NCBI GenBank assembly: GCA_964452145.1
Contig: CAYVLA010000056.1
Coordinates: 1-20,386, forward strand
Source: Candidatus Hadarchaeota archaeon
GTDB taxonomy: Archaea; CAYQAE01; CAYVLA01
Length of the DNA stretch: 20,386 bases
Direction: 5' to 3'
Shown: positions 1 to 7,435 of the stretch, in pieces
Layout: each line of letters begins with the position of its first letter
How positions within the stretch are numbered: position 1 is the first letter of the stretch
Made by a program: the position numbers and the translations under genes
The notes under the pieces: model-generated
What the model was told of the DNA's origin: nothing
The model's input: the letters and a program-made list of their open reading frames with translations, nothing else
Databases searched by the model: none

Positions 1-1
1 G

Positions 2-2023
2 GGGTGGGCCTCAGCTCCCCAGCCCAGGAACGGGTTGGGGGTGGCACTCGCCGTCCGCGATGCCCGGGTTGTCGACTCCCCACAGGATCGGTACCTGGAT
101 CCCTCAGACCTGAAGGTGCTGGCATTTGACCTGGAGGTCGCCACCGAGGGAGTTCCCAACGCCGATGCCGAACCCGTCATCATGATCGGGATGGCCGACT
201 CGGATGGAACGCAGATCCTCACCTATGGTCGGGAGTGCGAGGGCGCGCAGTGCTGTGCGGACGAAGCTGATATGATCGCCCGCTTCGTCTCGATCGTCAG
301 GCAGGGGGATTACGACGTCCTGTTGGGCTATAACTCGGATTCCTTCGATCTTCCATATCTGAGGACGCGAGCAAGGGTGAATGGCGTAAGGCTCAGGCTG
401 GGCCGGGACTCCAGCGAGGTGAGCTACCAACCCGGCTCCATAATGGGCCGATCCATCGTGAGGGGCAGGATCAACCTGGATCTCTACCCACCCGCCCGGC
501 GGATGATGAATCTTCCCGCCTACACCCTATCGGAGGTCTACGGTCACCTGACAGGAAAGGAGAAGGACGAGCTGAGCCCCCGTGATATCGAGCGGCTCTG
601 GCGGGCCGGCACCAGGGAGGGAATCGGTCGAATCGCTGCATACTGCGCCTCGGATGTGGAGGCCACCATTTCGATAGCCGGGGAGATGCTACCCACACTG
701 GTCGAACTCTCCAAACATACCAAGCAGCTGCTGGCCGATGTCGCCAGAATGGGCCAGTCCCAGATGGTTGAATGGCTGCTGATCAGGGAGGCCTTCAGGA
801 GGGGGCAGCTGGTCCCCAACAAGCCGACATCCCCCGAGCTAGCTAGGAGGCGGAGGGAGACCTACGAAGGCGGCTACGTCCTTGAACCCAGGAAGGGGCT
901 CCAGAACAACATCGTTTCCCTGGACTTCAGAAGCCTGTACCCCACGATAATAGTCACGCACAACGTGGACATGTCCACCTTGAACTGTAGATGCTGCGCG
1001 GGGCGCAATGTCTCGCCGACCGGCCACCACTTCTGCGAAAAGTCGCAGGGCTTCATACCCTCGATACTTGCCGGGTTGATAGAGAGAAGGGCCCAGGTCA
1101 AGGACCAGCTTGCCTCCCTTGATCCGCTGGCGCCTGAATGCAAGAAGCTAGGTGCGATGCAGAATGCGCTGAAGATCCTTGCCAATTCCTTCTATGGATA
1201 CAGCGGATACCCGCCGGCCAGATGGTACTCCAAGGAGTGCGCCGAGAGCGTTGCCGCGTGGGGCAGACACTACATAACCAGCACCATAGAAGCGGCAGAG
1301 AGGGAGGGATTCCAGGTGCTCTACTCCGATACCGACTCGATCTTCATAACCAAGCCCGGTCTGGATGCAGGATCGCTGGAGCATCGGGCACAGGTGTTCC
1401 TGGATAAGCTGAACGCGAGCTTCCCGGGCGTCATCCGCATGGAGTACCAGGACTACTACCCCCGAGGCTTCTTCGTGACCAAGAAGAGGTACGCACTCAT
1501 CGACGAAGAGGGCAAGGTGGTCACCAGGGGATTGGAGGTCGTCAGGCGGGACTGGTCCCGGATAGCCAAGGAGACGCAGAGAAAGGTTCTAGACGCAATA
1601 CTCAGGGATGGTGACCCGTCCAAGGCCGCGGAACAGGTGAGGGCCGCCATAAAGGCCGTGTCCGAAAGGGCCGTCGATCTGCGCGATCTGGTGATCTCGA
1701 CGAGGATGACCAAGACCATAGACAGTTACGAGGCCGATGCCCCCCACGTGGCCCTGGCCAAGCGCCTTGTGGAAGGGGGCGAGAACCTGGAGCAGGGAGT
1801 CGCCATAGAATACGTGGTGAGAAGGGGAACGGGAAGGGTCGGAGATCGGGCCCAGCCCGTGGAGCAGGCGAGGGTCCAGGATTACGATGTGGAGTACTAT
1901 GTGGGTAGCCAGATTCTTCCGCCGTCGATGAGGATTCTGTCCAGCTTCGGGTACAGGGAGGAGGATTTAAGATTCTACAAGACAAAGCAGAAGACGTTGG
2001 ACGGTTTCGGGTTGGGTAGGTAG
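2..2023 (+). CDS. polB: Family B DNA polymerase (archaeal PolB), 5' end outside window
   Basis: ExoI AFDLE, ExoII GYNSDSFD, ExoIII YCASD; polymerase motifs DFRSLYPT, KILANSFYGY, YSDTDS; C-terminal PIP-box-like KQKTLDGF. The frame is open back to position 2, so TTG at 35 is not the real start. Confidence 0.97.
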   Translation, partial: GWASAPQPRNGLGVALAVRDARVVDSPQDRYLDPSDLKVLAFDLEVATEGVPNADAEPVIMIGMADSDGTQILTYGRECEGAQCCADEADMIARFVSIVRQGDYDVLLGYNSDSFDLPYLRTRARVNGVRLRLGRDSSEVSYQPGSIMGRSIVRGRINLDLYPPARRMMNLPAYTLSEVYGHLTGKEKDELSPRDIERLWRAGTREGIGRIAAYCASDVEATISIAGEMLPTLVELSKHTKQLLADVARMGQSQMVEWLLIREAFRRGQLVPNKPTSPELARRRRETYEGGYVLEPRKGLQNNIVSLDFRSLYPTIIVTHNVDMSTLNCRCCAGRNVSPTGHHFCEKSQGFIPSILAGLIERRAQVKDQLASLDPLAPECKKLGAMQNALKILANSFYGYSGYPPARWYSKECAESVAAWGRHYITSTIEAAEREGFQVLYSDTDSIFITKPGLDAGSLEHRAQVFLDKLNASFPGVIRMEYQDYYPRGFFVTKKRYALIDEEGKVVTRGLEVVRRDWSRIAKETQRKVLDAILRDGDPSKAAEQVRAAIKAVSERAVDLRDLVISTRMTKTIDSYEADAPHVALAKRLVEGGENLEQGVAIEYVVRRGTGRVGDRAQPVEQARVQDYDVEYYVGSQILPPSMRILSSFGYREEDLRFYKTKQKTLDGFGLGR

Positions 2024-2026
2024 CGG

Positions 2027-2851
2027 ATGATCAAGGCCATCTTCTTTGACATCGACGACACCCTCTACAGCAGCACCGATCTATCAAGCAAGGCCAGGAG
2101 GACCGCCGTCGAGCACATGATCTCCAAGGGGCTTGAAGTGGACCCGGAGGAGGCGTATTCGGCTCTTATGCGCGTTGTCAGGAAATACGGCAGCAACTAC
2201 GGGGACCACTTCGGCAAGTTCTTCACGGACGAGCTTGGGAGGCCCCCGGACTACAGGATGATCGCCGCCGCAGTCATCGCATACCACCACACCAAGTTCG
2301 TCAACATGAGGCCCTATCCCCACACCGTCCAGACCATACTCGAACTCCACATCCGGGGTTACAAGCTGGGCATAATAACCGACGGCCTCCCCATCAAACA
2401 GTGGGAGAAGCTGGTCAGGCTGGGCCTGGACGACTTCTTCCAGGCCGTCGTGATCTCGGGGGACGACGGTGTGGGCTTCGGCAAGTCCGATCCGAGAATA
2501 TTCGCCATAGCCTTGGAGAAGGTGGGTGTCCGGCCCGAGGAGGCGATCATGGTGGGCGACAAGCTGAACACCGACATCGAGGGAGCAAACTCGGCTGGAC
2601 TCGCCTCGGTGTGGCTGAGAACCCCCCGGGACCCCGAGGACCTGCCGCGGATCAGCGGCATCCGTCCGGCCTTCACAATCACCGATATCAGACAGGTGCT
2701 CGAGGTGGTTGAGAAGCTGGACGGCCCGGACGCTGCTAAGCCCAGACCCCAAGGTCGGTCTGTCTCCCCTTGCGGCTCTTCCTCATCTGATCCAGCGCCC
2801 TCTCGACCCTTCGCTCGGAGAACTCGAACTCCTCGCAGAGGAACCTCTTAA
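2027..2851 (+). CDS. HAD-superfamily hydrolase (subfamily IA, TIGR02253-like)
   Basis: Motif I FFDIDDTL, motif II IITDG, motif III K(S)DP, motif IV MVGDKLNTDIEGA. The last ~40 codons run antisense into fen. Confidence 0.92.
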   Translation: MIKAIFFDIDDTLYSSTDLSSKARRTAVEHMISKGLEVDPEEAYSALMRVVRKYGSNYGDHFGKFFTDELGRPPDYRMIAAAVIAYHHTKFVNMRPYPHTVQTILELHIRGYKLGIITDGLPIKQWEKLVRLGLDDFFQAVVISGDDGVGFGKSDPRIFAIALEKVGVRPEEAIMVGDKLNTDIEGANSAGLASVWLRTPRDPEDLPRISGIRPAFTITDIRQVLEVVEKLDGPDAAKPRPQGRSVSPCGSSSSDPAPSRPFARRTRTPRRGTS

Positions 2852-3764
2852 CGCCTCGTACGTCCGGGGGCCTTTGCTCTATGTCGTAGTCACCCGAGAA
2901 GGGCGGGGTGAGAAAGAAGTCGAATATGCCCCGGAAGTCCACGTCGTGGTCCCAGCCCAGGTTCTCCATGATCTCCTCGGGATCGCTTGCCCCCCTGACC
3001 GCGACCAATCCCTTCTTGGGCCCGATGCCCGGGATCCCGCCCTGGTTGTAGTCGGTGCCGACAAGCATGCCAAGCATGATGAGCTGTCTCTGATCTATGC
3101 CCAGGGAGGAGAGCATATCGGGCAGCTCGACCACCAGGGGCTGGACCTCGACGTACTCATCCCTGTTGGGCAGCTTGCGTCTCCCGGTGATGGTGAGGTT
3201 CCTCACCAACCTGGGGGCACCGAATAGGAGGGAGTCGAAGTCCTGGCTTGATGCGGCCCAGACATCGCCTCGAGCAGCCATGACCGCGGCCTGGGCCTCG
3301 CCCTCACTGGGTGCCACCACGTAGGGCACCCCCATGTGGCTCAGAAGGGCCTTACAACTGGCCACGATCTCTGATGTCAGCGAAAGGGCCGACTGAGCGT
3401 ACTTTCTGGCCTTCTTGATGTCCCCTTCCGCGAGCGCCTCCTCCCACATCATAGCCGCCCGGGTCCTCACCTCAGCCCTTTCCCTTATCACCAGCTTCTT
3501 GAAGTGCGGGGGAGGCCCGTCGAAGACGTAGACAGGCTCCACCCCCTCCGACATGATGTGCGCGGTCCTGTAGAAGAGCCCCGAGTAGACCGATGTCACC
3601 CTGCCCTTGGAATCGCGCAGAGGTTCGCCGTCCGGCTGTCTTATGATCGCCAGGAACTGGTGTAAGGCGTTGTGGGCATCTATGGCGACCCTTTTCCCCG
3701 ACAGCTCCCTGAGGTCCAGGGGCCTGCCCGGGAAGAGGCCGGCGAGTTGTACCCCCATATCCAT
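2736..3764 (-). CDS. fen: Flap endonuclease 1
   Basis: MGV N-terminus (the second ATG at 3758 is the likely start), AIDAHNALHQFL, YVFDG, APSEGEAQ, SQDFDSLLFG, GTDYN, GIGPK helix-turn-helix, C-terminal PIP-like RQTDLGVW. Confidence 0.97.
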   Translation of the reverse strand: MDMGVQLAGLFPGRPLDLRELSGKRVAIDAHNALHQFLAIIRQPDGEPLRDSKGRVTSVYSGLFYRTAHIMSEGVEPVYVFDGPPPHFKKLVIRERAEVRTRAAMMWEEALAEGDIKKARKYAQSALSLTSEIVASCKALLSHMGVPYVVAPSEGEAQAAVMAARGDVWAASSQDFDSLLFGAPRLVRNLTITGRRKLPNRDEYVEVQPLVVELPDMLSSLGIDQRQLIMLGMLVGTDYNQGGIPGIGPKKGLVAVRGASDPEEIMENLGWDHDVDFRGIFDFFLTPPFSGDYDIEQRPPDVRGVKRFLCEEFEFSERRVERALDQMRKSRKGRQTDLGVWA

Positions 3765-3776
3765 CAGAGCCCGGGA

Positions 3777-3965
3777 TCAGGCTGTCTGTCTGAGCTTGCC
3801 TCTCGTCACATACCCAGCCAGCCTGTTCCTGTAGTTCTTTGAGATCTTGAAGACTTCGGTGAGTACCTTCTTGTTCTCCTCGAAACTCGTCGTCACCAGG
3901 TCGGCATGGTTCTCGAGTATGTAGTTGCCGGTTCTCTTGATGTAAGTCGGCTTCACCCTACCCAT
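3777..3965 (-). CDS. rps17e: 30S ribosomal protein S17e
   Basis: 62 aa MGRVKPTYIKR...FEENKK...SKNYRNRLAGYVT. The ATG at 3965 overlaps the rpoK stop (TGATG) and is preceded by GAAGGTGA; the ORF-track 5' extension to 4295 is spurious. Confidence 0.95.
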   Translation of the reverse strand: MGRVKPTYIKRTGNYILENHADLVTTSFEENKKVLTEVFKISKNYRNRLAGYVTRGKLRQTA

Positions 3966-4168
3966 CACTTCACCTTCGGGAAGCTGAACTTCTGCTTCAT
4001 CTCCCTGATAACCGTCAAAGGTATGGCCTTCTTCTCGAACTCCAGCAGCGCCACATCTATGGGGTCGGCCATGTTCTCGGGAACCTCGATCAGGACCGGG
4101 GCACCCATGGCGATCTGTAGGGCCCGCGCGCCGATGATGCGGGCTTTCTCGTACTTGGTGTAGATCAA
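3965..4168 (-). CDS. rpoK: DNA-directed RNA polymerase subunit K (Rpo6)
   Basis: YTKYEKARIIGARALQIAMGAP signature, DPIDVALLEF...IPLTVIR; TTG start behind GTGAGGA. Confidence 0.96.
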   Translation of the reverse strand: MIYTKYEKARIIGARALQIAMGAPVLIEVPENMADPIDVALLEFEKKAIPLTVIREMKQKFSFPKVK

Positions 4169-4218
4169 ATAGCATCCTCACTGGGTGGGAGAAATCTTTT
4201 TCTTCCTCCCCTAAGCGC

Positions 4219-4232
4219 TTTAAATATATTAT
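4219..4232. promoter_or_regulatory. Divergent TATA-box region for rpoK-rps17e-fen and carS-idsA
   Basis: TTTAAATATATTAT AT-rich island in the short divergent gap of an otherwise GC-rich sequence; TATA-like on both strands. Confidence 0.65.
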
Positions 4233-4250
4233 CCAGAAGCCTCTTGCTTC

Positions 4251-4781
4251 GTGGAGCCCGATCTCACCATGTCCGGCCAATCCGCGCTCTCCCAAGTCGT
4301 TTCCGCCGTTTGGTACATCTTGCCCGCGTATCTGGCGAATGGGAGCGCGCTGGTGATCGGAGGAGGGCCTCCTCTCGACTGTGGAAGGATCTTGCCCGAT
4401 GGTCGAAGGATCCTCGGGGACGGGGTGACGTGGCGTGGAACGGTGGGTGCAATCCTAGTTGGCATCGCAGTCGGGGGCATCCAGGGAGCCCTTGCATCCC
4501 GCGTCGGATACGGTCTGGCCATCGGTGCAGCGATGGGCTCGGGAGCGATGCTGGGGGACTCGTTGGGAAGCTTCACAAAGAGGAGGCTGGGGATCGAGAG
4601 GGGCCACCCGGCACCGGTGCTTGACCAGCTCGGCTTTCTCGTCTTCGCCCTGGCTCTGGCCCACATCGTATCACCCGTATCTTGGGAAACCGTTTTAATC
4701 CTGGTGATATTGACCCCCCTCATACACATAGCCTCCAACGCAGGTGCGTACCTATCAGGGATCAAGAGGGTGTGGTACTAG
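4251..4781 (+). CDS. carS: CDP-archaeol synthase
   Basis: ILPAYLANG, PLDCG...DGRRILGDGVTW, GAMLGDSLGSFTKRRLG, PVLDQL motifs with several hydrophobic segments. Start is GTG 4251 or ATG 4269. Confidence 0.93.
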   Translation: MEPDLTMSGQSALSQVVSAVWYILPAYLANGSALVIGGGPPLDCGRILPDGRRILGDGVTWRGTVGAILVGIAVGGIQGALASRVGYGLAIGAAMGSGAMLGDSLGSFTKRRLGIERGHPAPVLDQLGFLVFALALAHIVSPVSWETVLILVILTPLIHIASNAGAYLSGIKRVWY

Positions 4782-4790
4782 GGGACGACG

Positions 4791-5792
4791 ATGAAGCTCG
4801 CTGATCTGATGGAAAGCCAGAGGAGGGTCATAGACTCCGAGATCGCCCGCATACTGCCTGTGGACTCGCCCGCCGGAGAGATGTACAGGGTTCAGCGGGA
4901 TTTCATCAGCCGAGGCGGGAAGAGATGGCGCCCGATCCTGTGCATCCTGGTTCACCAGGCGCTTGGCGGGAAGGCCGATGCCGTGCTGCCCTTCGCAGCC
5001 GGGGTTGAGATGGTCCACAACTTCAGTCTGATACATGACGACATAGAGGACGGCGACCGGTCCCGCAGAGGGAATCCAACGACCTGGGTTGACCAGGGCG
5101 TGCCCAAGGCGATCAACATCGGGGATAATCTTCTCAACAAGGCATACGAGTCCGTTGCCGGGCTCGAGGAAAGGGGTTTCTCGGCCGAGCAGACCTTGTG
5201 GTGCGTCCGGCTCTTGTGCCGATCGATGGTGCTGCTCTCAGAGGGCCAGGCCATGGAGATGGAGTTCCTGGAGCGCTGGGATGTTACCGAAGATGAATAT
5301 CTTGAGATGGTGTGGCGGAAGACCGGGGTCTTGGTGTCGGCCGCAGCATCGGGAGGCGCATACCTGGCCGGGGCCAAGGAGGATGTGGTCGAGGCGATGA
5401 CGGAGTACGGCAGGTTCATCGGTCCAGCCTTCCAGATCATAGACGACGTTCTTAACGTGGATGGCAGCTATGATAGGTACCAGAAGGAGATCGGCGGCGA
5501 CATCCGGGAGGGGAAGAAGACCTTGATGGTGATCCACCTCCTCGGACGAGCTACACCCACGGAGCAGTTGAAGATCAGGGAGATACTCTCCAAGCCCCGG
5601 GAGAAGACCACGACCAGAGACTGCAGCTACGCTACCCGTCTGATGAGGCGATACGGATCCATTGCCTACGCTAGGAGATCGGCCGAGGAGAGGGTTCGCG
5701 GGGCCAGGGAGAAACTGATGGTCCTTCCGCCCTCAGTACACAGGGACCATCTGCAGGAATTGACGGCGTTTCTGGTGAAGAGGGACTACTAG
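4791..5792 (+). CDS. idsA: Short-chain polyprenyl (geranylgeranyl) diphosphate synthase
   Basis: GGKRWRP, FARM HDDIED with Phe five residues upstream (short-chain type), RRG, GQ, KT, SARM FQIIDDVLN, GGDIREGKKT. Confidence 0.9.
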   Translation: MKLADLMESQRRVIDSEIARILPVDSPAGEMYRVQRDFISRGGKRWRPILCILVHQALGGKADAVLPFAAGVEMVHNFSLIHDDIEDGDRSRRGNPTTWVDQGVPKAINIGDNLLNKAYESVAGLEERGFSAEQTLWCVRLLCRSMVLLSEGQAMEMEFLERWDVTEDEYLEMVWRKTGVLVSAAASGGAYLAGAKEDVVEAMTEYGRFIGPAFQIIDDVLNVDGSYDRYQKEIGGDIREGKKTLMVIHLLGRATPTEQLKIREILSKPREKTTTRDCSYATRLMRRYGSIAYARRSAEERVRGAREKLMVLPPSVHRDHLQELTAFLVKRDY

Positions 5793-5810
5793 GCAGCTGG
5801 AGATGATGGT

Positions 5811-5951
5811 GTGTGGAAGAAGGGCACGTGTGATGAATGCGGAACGGAAACCCAGGTGAAGCGGACCAGGGGAAAGAACCTCTGCCGGACCTGTTATAAG
5901 CAGGCCAAGAAGAAGCGCAAGATCGAGCAGATGAGAACCGATGAGAGGTGA
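5811..5951 (+). CDS. Small C4 zinc-finger protein (46 aa), not in ORF track
   Basis: GTG start after GGAGATGATGGT; translation MWKKGTCDECGTETQVKRTRGKNLCRTCYKQAKKKRKIEQMRTDER with CxxC-x14-CxxC. Fills the idsA/EF-1beta gap almost exactly. Confidence 0.75.
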   Translation: MWKKGTCDECGTETQVKRTRGKNLCRTCYKQAKKKRKIEQMRTDER

Positions 5952-5953
5952 CC

Positions 5954-6226
5954 CTAGATGCGGGTCACGCCTACGACCTCGACGTTCTCCACGCCGTCCT
6001 GACGCAGGATGGACTCCTCGACAGGGGTTGTGCCTCCCGCCTTGTCCTCCATCAACACGTTGAGGACCAGGGCCCTCAGACCGAAGGCGATGTCGTCGGT
6101 CCTGTGAGCCTCCATCTTGGTGTTCTCGGGAAGCCCGTTGGCTATCCTCTCCAGCAGATCGTTCAGGTCCACATCGATGTCCTTGGGCATGACCCTGAGC
6201 TGGGCGATGACGTTAAGCTTCACCAT
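5954..6226 (-). CDS. ef1b: Translation elongation factor 1-beta
   Basis: LRVMPKDIDVDL, IAFGLRAL, GGTTPVEE, VENVEV motifs; 90 aa. Confidence 0.95.
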   Translation of the reverse strand: MVKLNVIAQLRVMPKDIDVDLNDLLERIANGLPENTKMEAHRTDDIAFGLRALVLNVLMEDKAGGTTPVEESILRQDGVENVEVVGVTRI

Positions 6227-6238
6227 GCAACCCAGCTC

Positions 6239-6400
6239 CTAAGGTCCGGCGAACCCGCACCCCGGGCAGTGATACCTGTTGCTGGTCTGCCTGCATCTCG
6301 GGCAGCGGAACAGCGTGACCTCGCTGCACTTGGGGCAGGTGAACCTAACGTATCTGACCTTCGGCGGTATATCCTTCCGGCAGGAAGAGCAAGCTACCAT
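6239..6400 (-). CDS. Zn-ribbon RNA-binding protein (DUF1610/HVO_2753-like)
   Basis: 53 aa with four CxxC motifs (CSSC, CPKC, CPRC, CPGC) ending GFAGP; sits in its usual position upstream of EF-1beta. ATG at 6400 preferred over 6469. Confidence 0.92.
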   Translation of the reverse strand: MVACSSCRKDIPPKVRYVRFTCPKCSEVTLFRCPRCRQTSNRYHCPGCGFAGP

Positions 6401-6431
6401 GATTATCAGGCCCTGTGCAACCGGGGGCGTG

Positions 6432-6446
6432 TGAAAAATGTTTTCA
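6432..6446 (-). promoter_or_regulatory. Probable BRE/TATA-like promoter for Zn-ribbon/EF-1beta, palindromic
   Basis: The minus strand reads GAAAACATTTTTCA about 30-45 nt upstream of ATG 6400; the sequence is a 6-3-6 inverted repeat TGAAAA-ATG-TTTTCA. Confidence 0.45.
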
Positions 6447-6532
6447 GAAGATACAAACCATGCCGGCAAGTTGTGAAACGCAGCATTGGCGTTTGAGAGT
6501 GTCGGATAGACAAGCCTTCGAAGCGGACTACA

Positions 6533-6541
6533 TTTTTATAT
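6533..6541 (+). promoter_or_regulatory. Probable TATA box for dacZ-tes
   Basis: TTTTTATAT about 60 nt upstream of TTG 6598. Confidence 0.55.
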
Positions 6542-6597
6542 CCCAGTGTGCCTTCGTTTGGCACTCAGCCGACCGCTCCAGGTCCGGGGTAGGAGCC

Positions 6598-7431
6598 TTG
6601 AAAACCGACCTTCTGGAGGTCTCCAAAGAGGTAGGAAACCTGGTTGGGGCAACCAAGAGGATATACTTCGTTGACACCGAGGCCCTCATAGGCACCCTGA
6701 CGAACAACGGGACGGATGGGATGGTGATCGCCTCCTCCAAGCGCCACCTCCTCGACCTCGTGGACGAGAGCATCCGCCTCTACGTTCCCGACATCACCCC
6801 CACGAGCCCCACGAAGTACGCGGTTATGAAGTGTCTTGATCGGAGATTGGTTGAGGTCGGCGATACGGTCGTGTGCGTTCTGAAGCGTTTCTGCCCCCTT
6901 GACACGATCTACATCATACCGGTGGAGGAGTCCCTAAAGGAGGAGCTAGGCTTCCTCAGGGAGGTCGGCATGGAGGTGTTGGAGACCGTCCTCCGGATCG
7001 CGGTGGAGCTGGGCAGGGAGGGCAAGGAGGGAATGCCCGTCGGGACAGCCTTCATAGTCGGCGATCCCAAGGGGGTGCTGAGGAACAGCCACCAGATGAT
7101 TCTTAATCCCTTCAAGGGCCATCCCAAGAGCAACCGCAACGTGCTGAACACCGAAATCAAGGAAGTCATCAAGAGTTTCTCGCTTCTGGACGGTGCCTTC
7201 ATCATCTCGGATAGGGGGCTGATCGAGTGTGCGGGCAGGTATCTCGATGTCGATGCCAGCGATGTGGAGATCCCGGCCGGGCTTGGGGCAAGACACGCCG
7301 CGGTGGCGGGGATAACGAAGATAACGACTTCGGTCGGAATCACCGTGTCCAAGAGCGGCGGAATCGTGAGGATTTTTAAAGGTGGGAAGCTCATCCGTGG
7401 GATCGATCCAAAATCCTACCTGAGCGGGTGA
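6598..7431 (+). CDS. dacZ: Diadenylate cyclase (DAC/DisA_N domain, archaeal DacZ-like)
   Basis: ELGREGKEGMPVGTAF, LNPFKGH, LDGAF (DGA motif), GLGARHAA (RHx motif), with an extra N-terminal domain. TTG at 6598 follows GGGGTAGGAG; the track start at 6415 lies upstream of the TATA box. Confidence 0.88.
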   Translation: MKTDLLEVSKEVGNLVGATKRIYFVDTEALIGTLTNNGTDGMVIASSKRHLLDLVDESIRLYVPDITPTSPTKYAVMKCLDRRLVEVGDTVVCVLKRFCPLDTIYIIPVEESLKEELGFLREVGMEVLETVLRIAVELGREGKEGMPVGTAFIVGDPKGVLRNSHQMILNPFKGHPKSNRNVLNTEIKEVIKSFSLLDGAFIISDRGLIECAGRYLDVDASDVEIPAGLGARHAAVAGITKITTSVGITVSKSGGIVRIFKGGKLIRGIDPKSYLSG

Positions 7432-7435
7432 TCCC

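Noticed and set aside
980..1040. Cys/His cluster CRCC...HHFC in PolB as a novel metal site or intein
   Set aside because: A Cys-containing loop after motif A is a familiar feature of euryarchaeal PolBs; motif spacing is normal and there is no intein signature.
6548..6564. GTGCC-N7-GGCAC hairpin upstream of dacZ as a c-di-AMP riboswitch
   Set aside because: Only 5 bp, partly upstream of the expected start site; the leader is far too short for a ydaO-type riboswitch.
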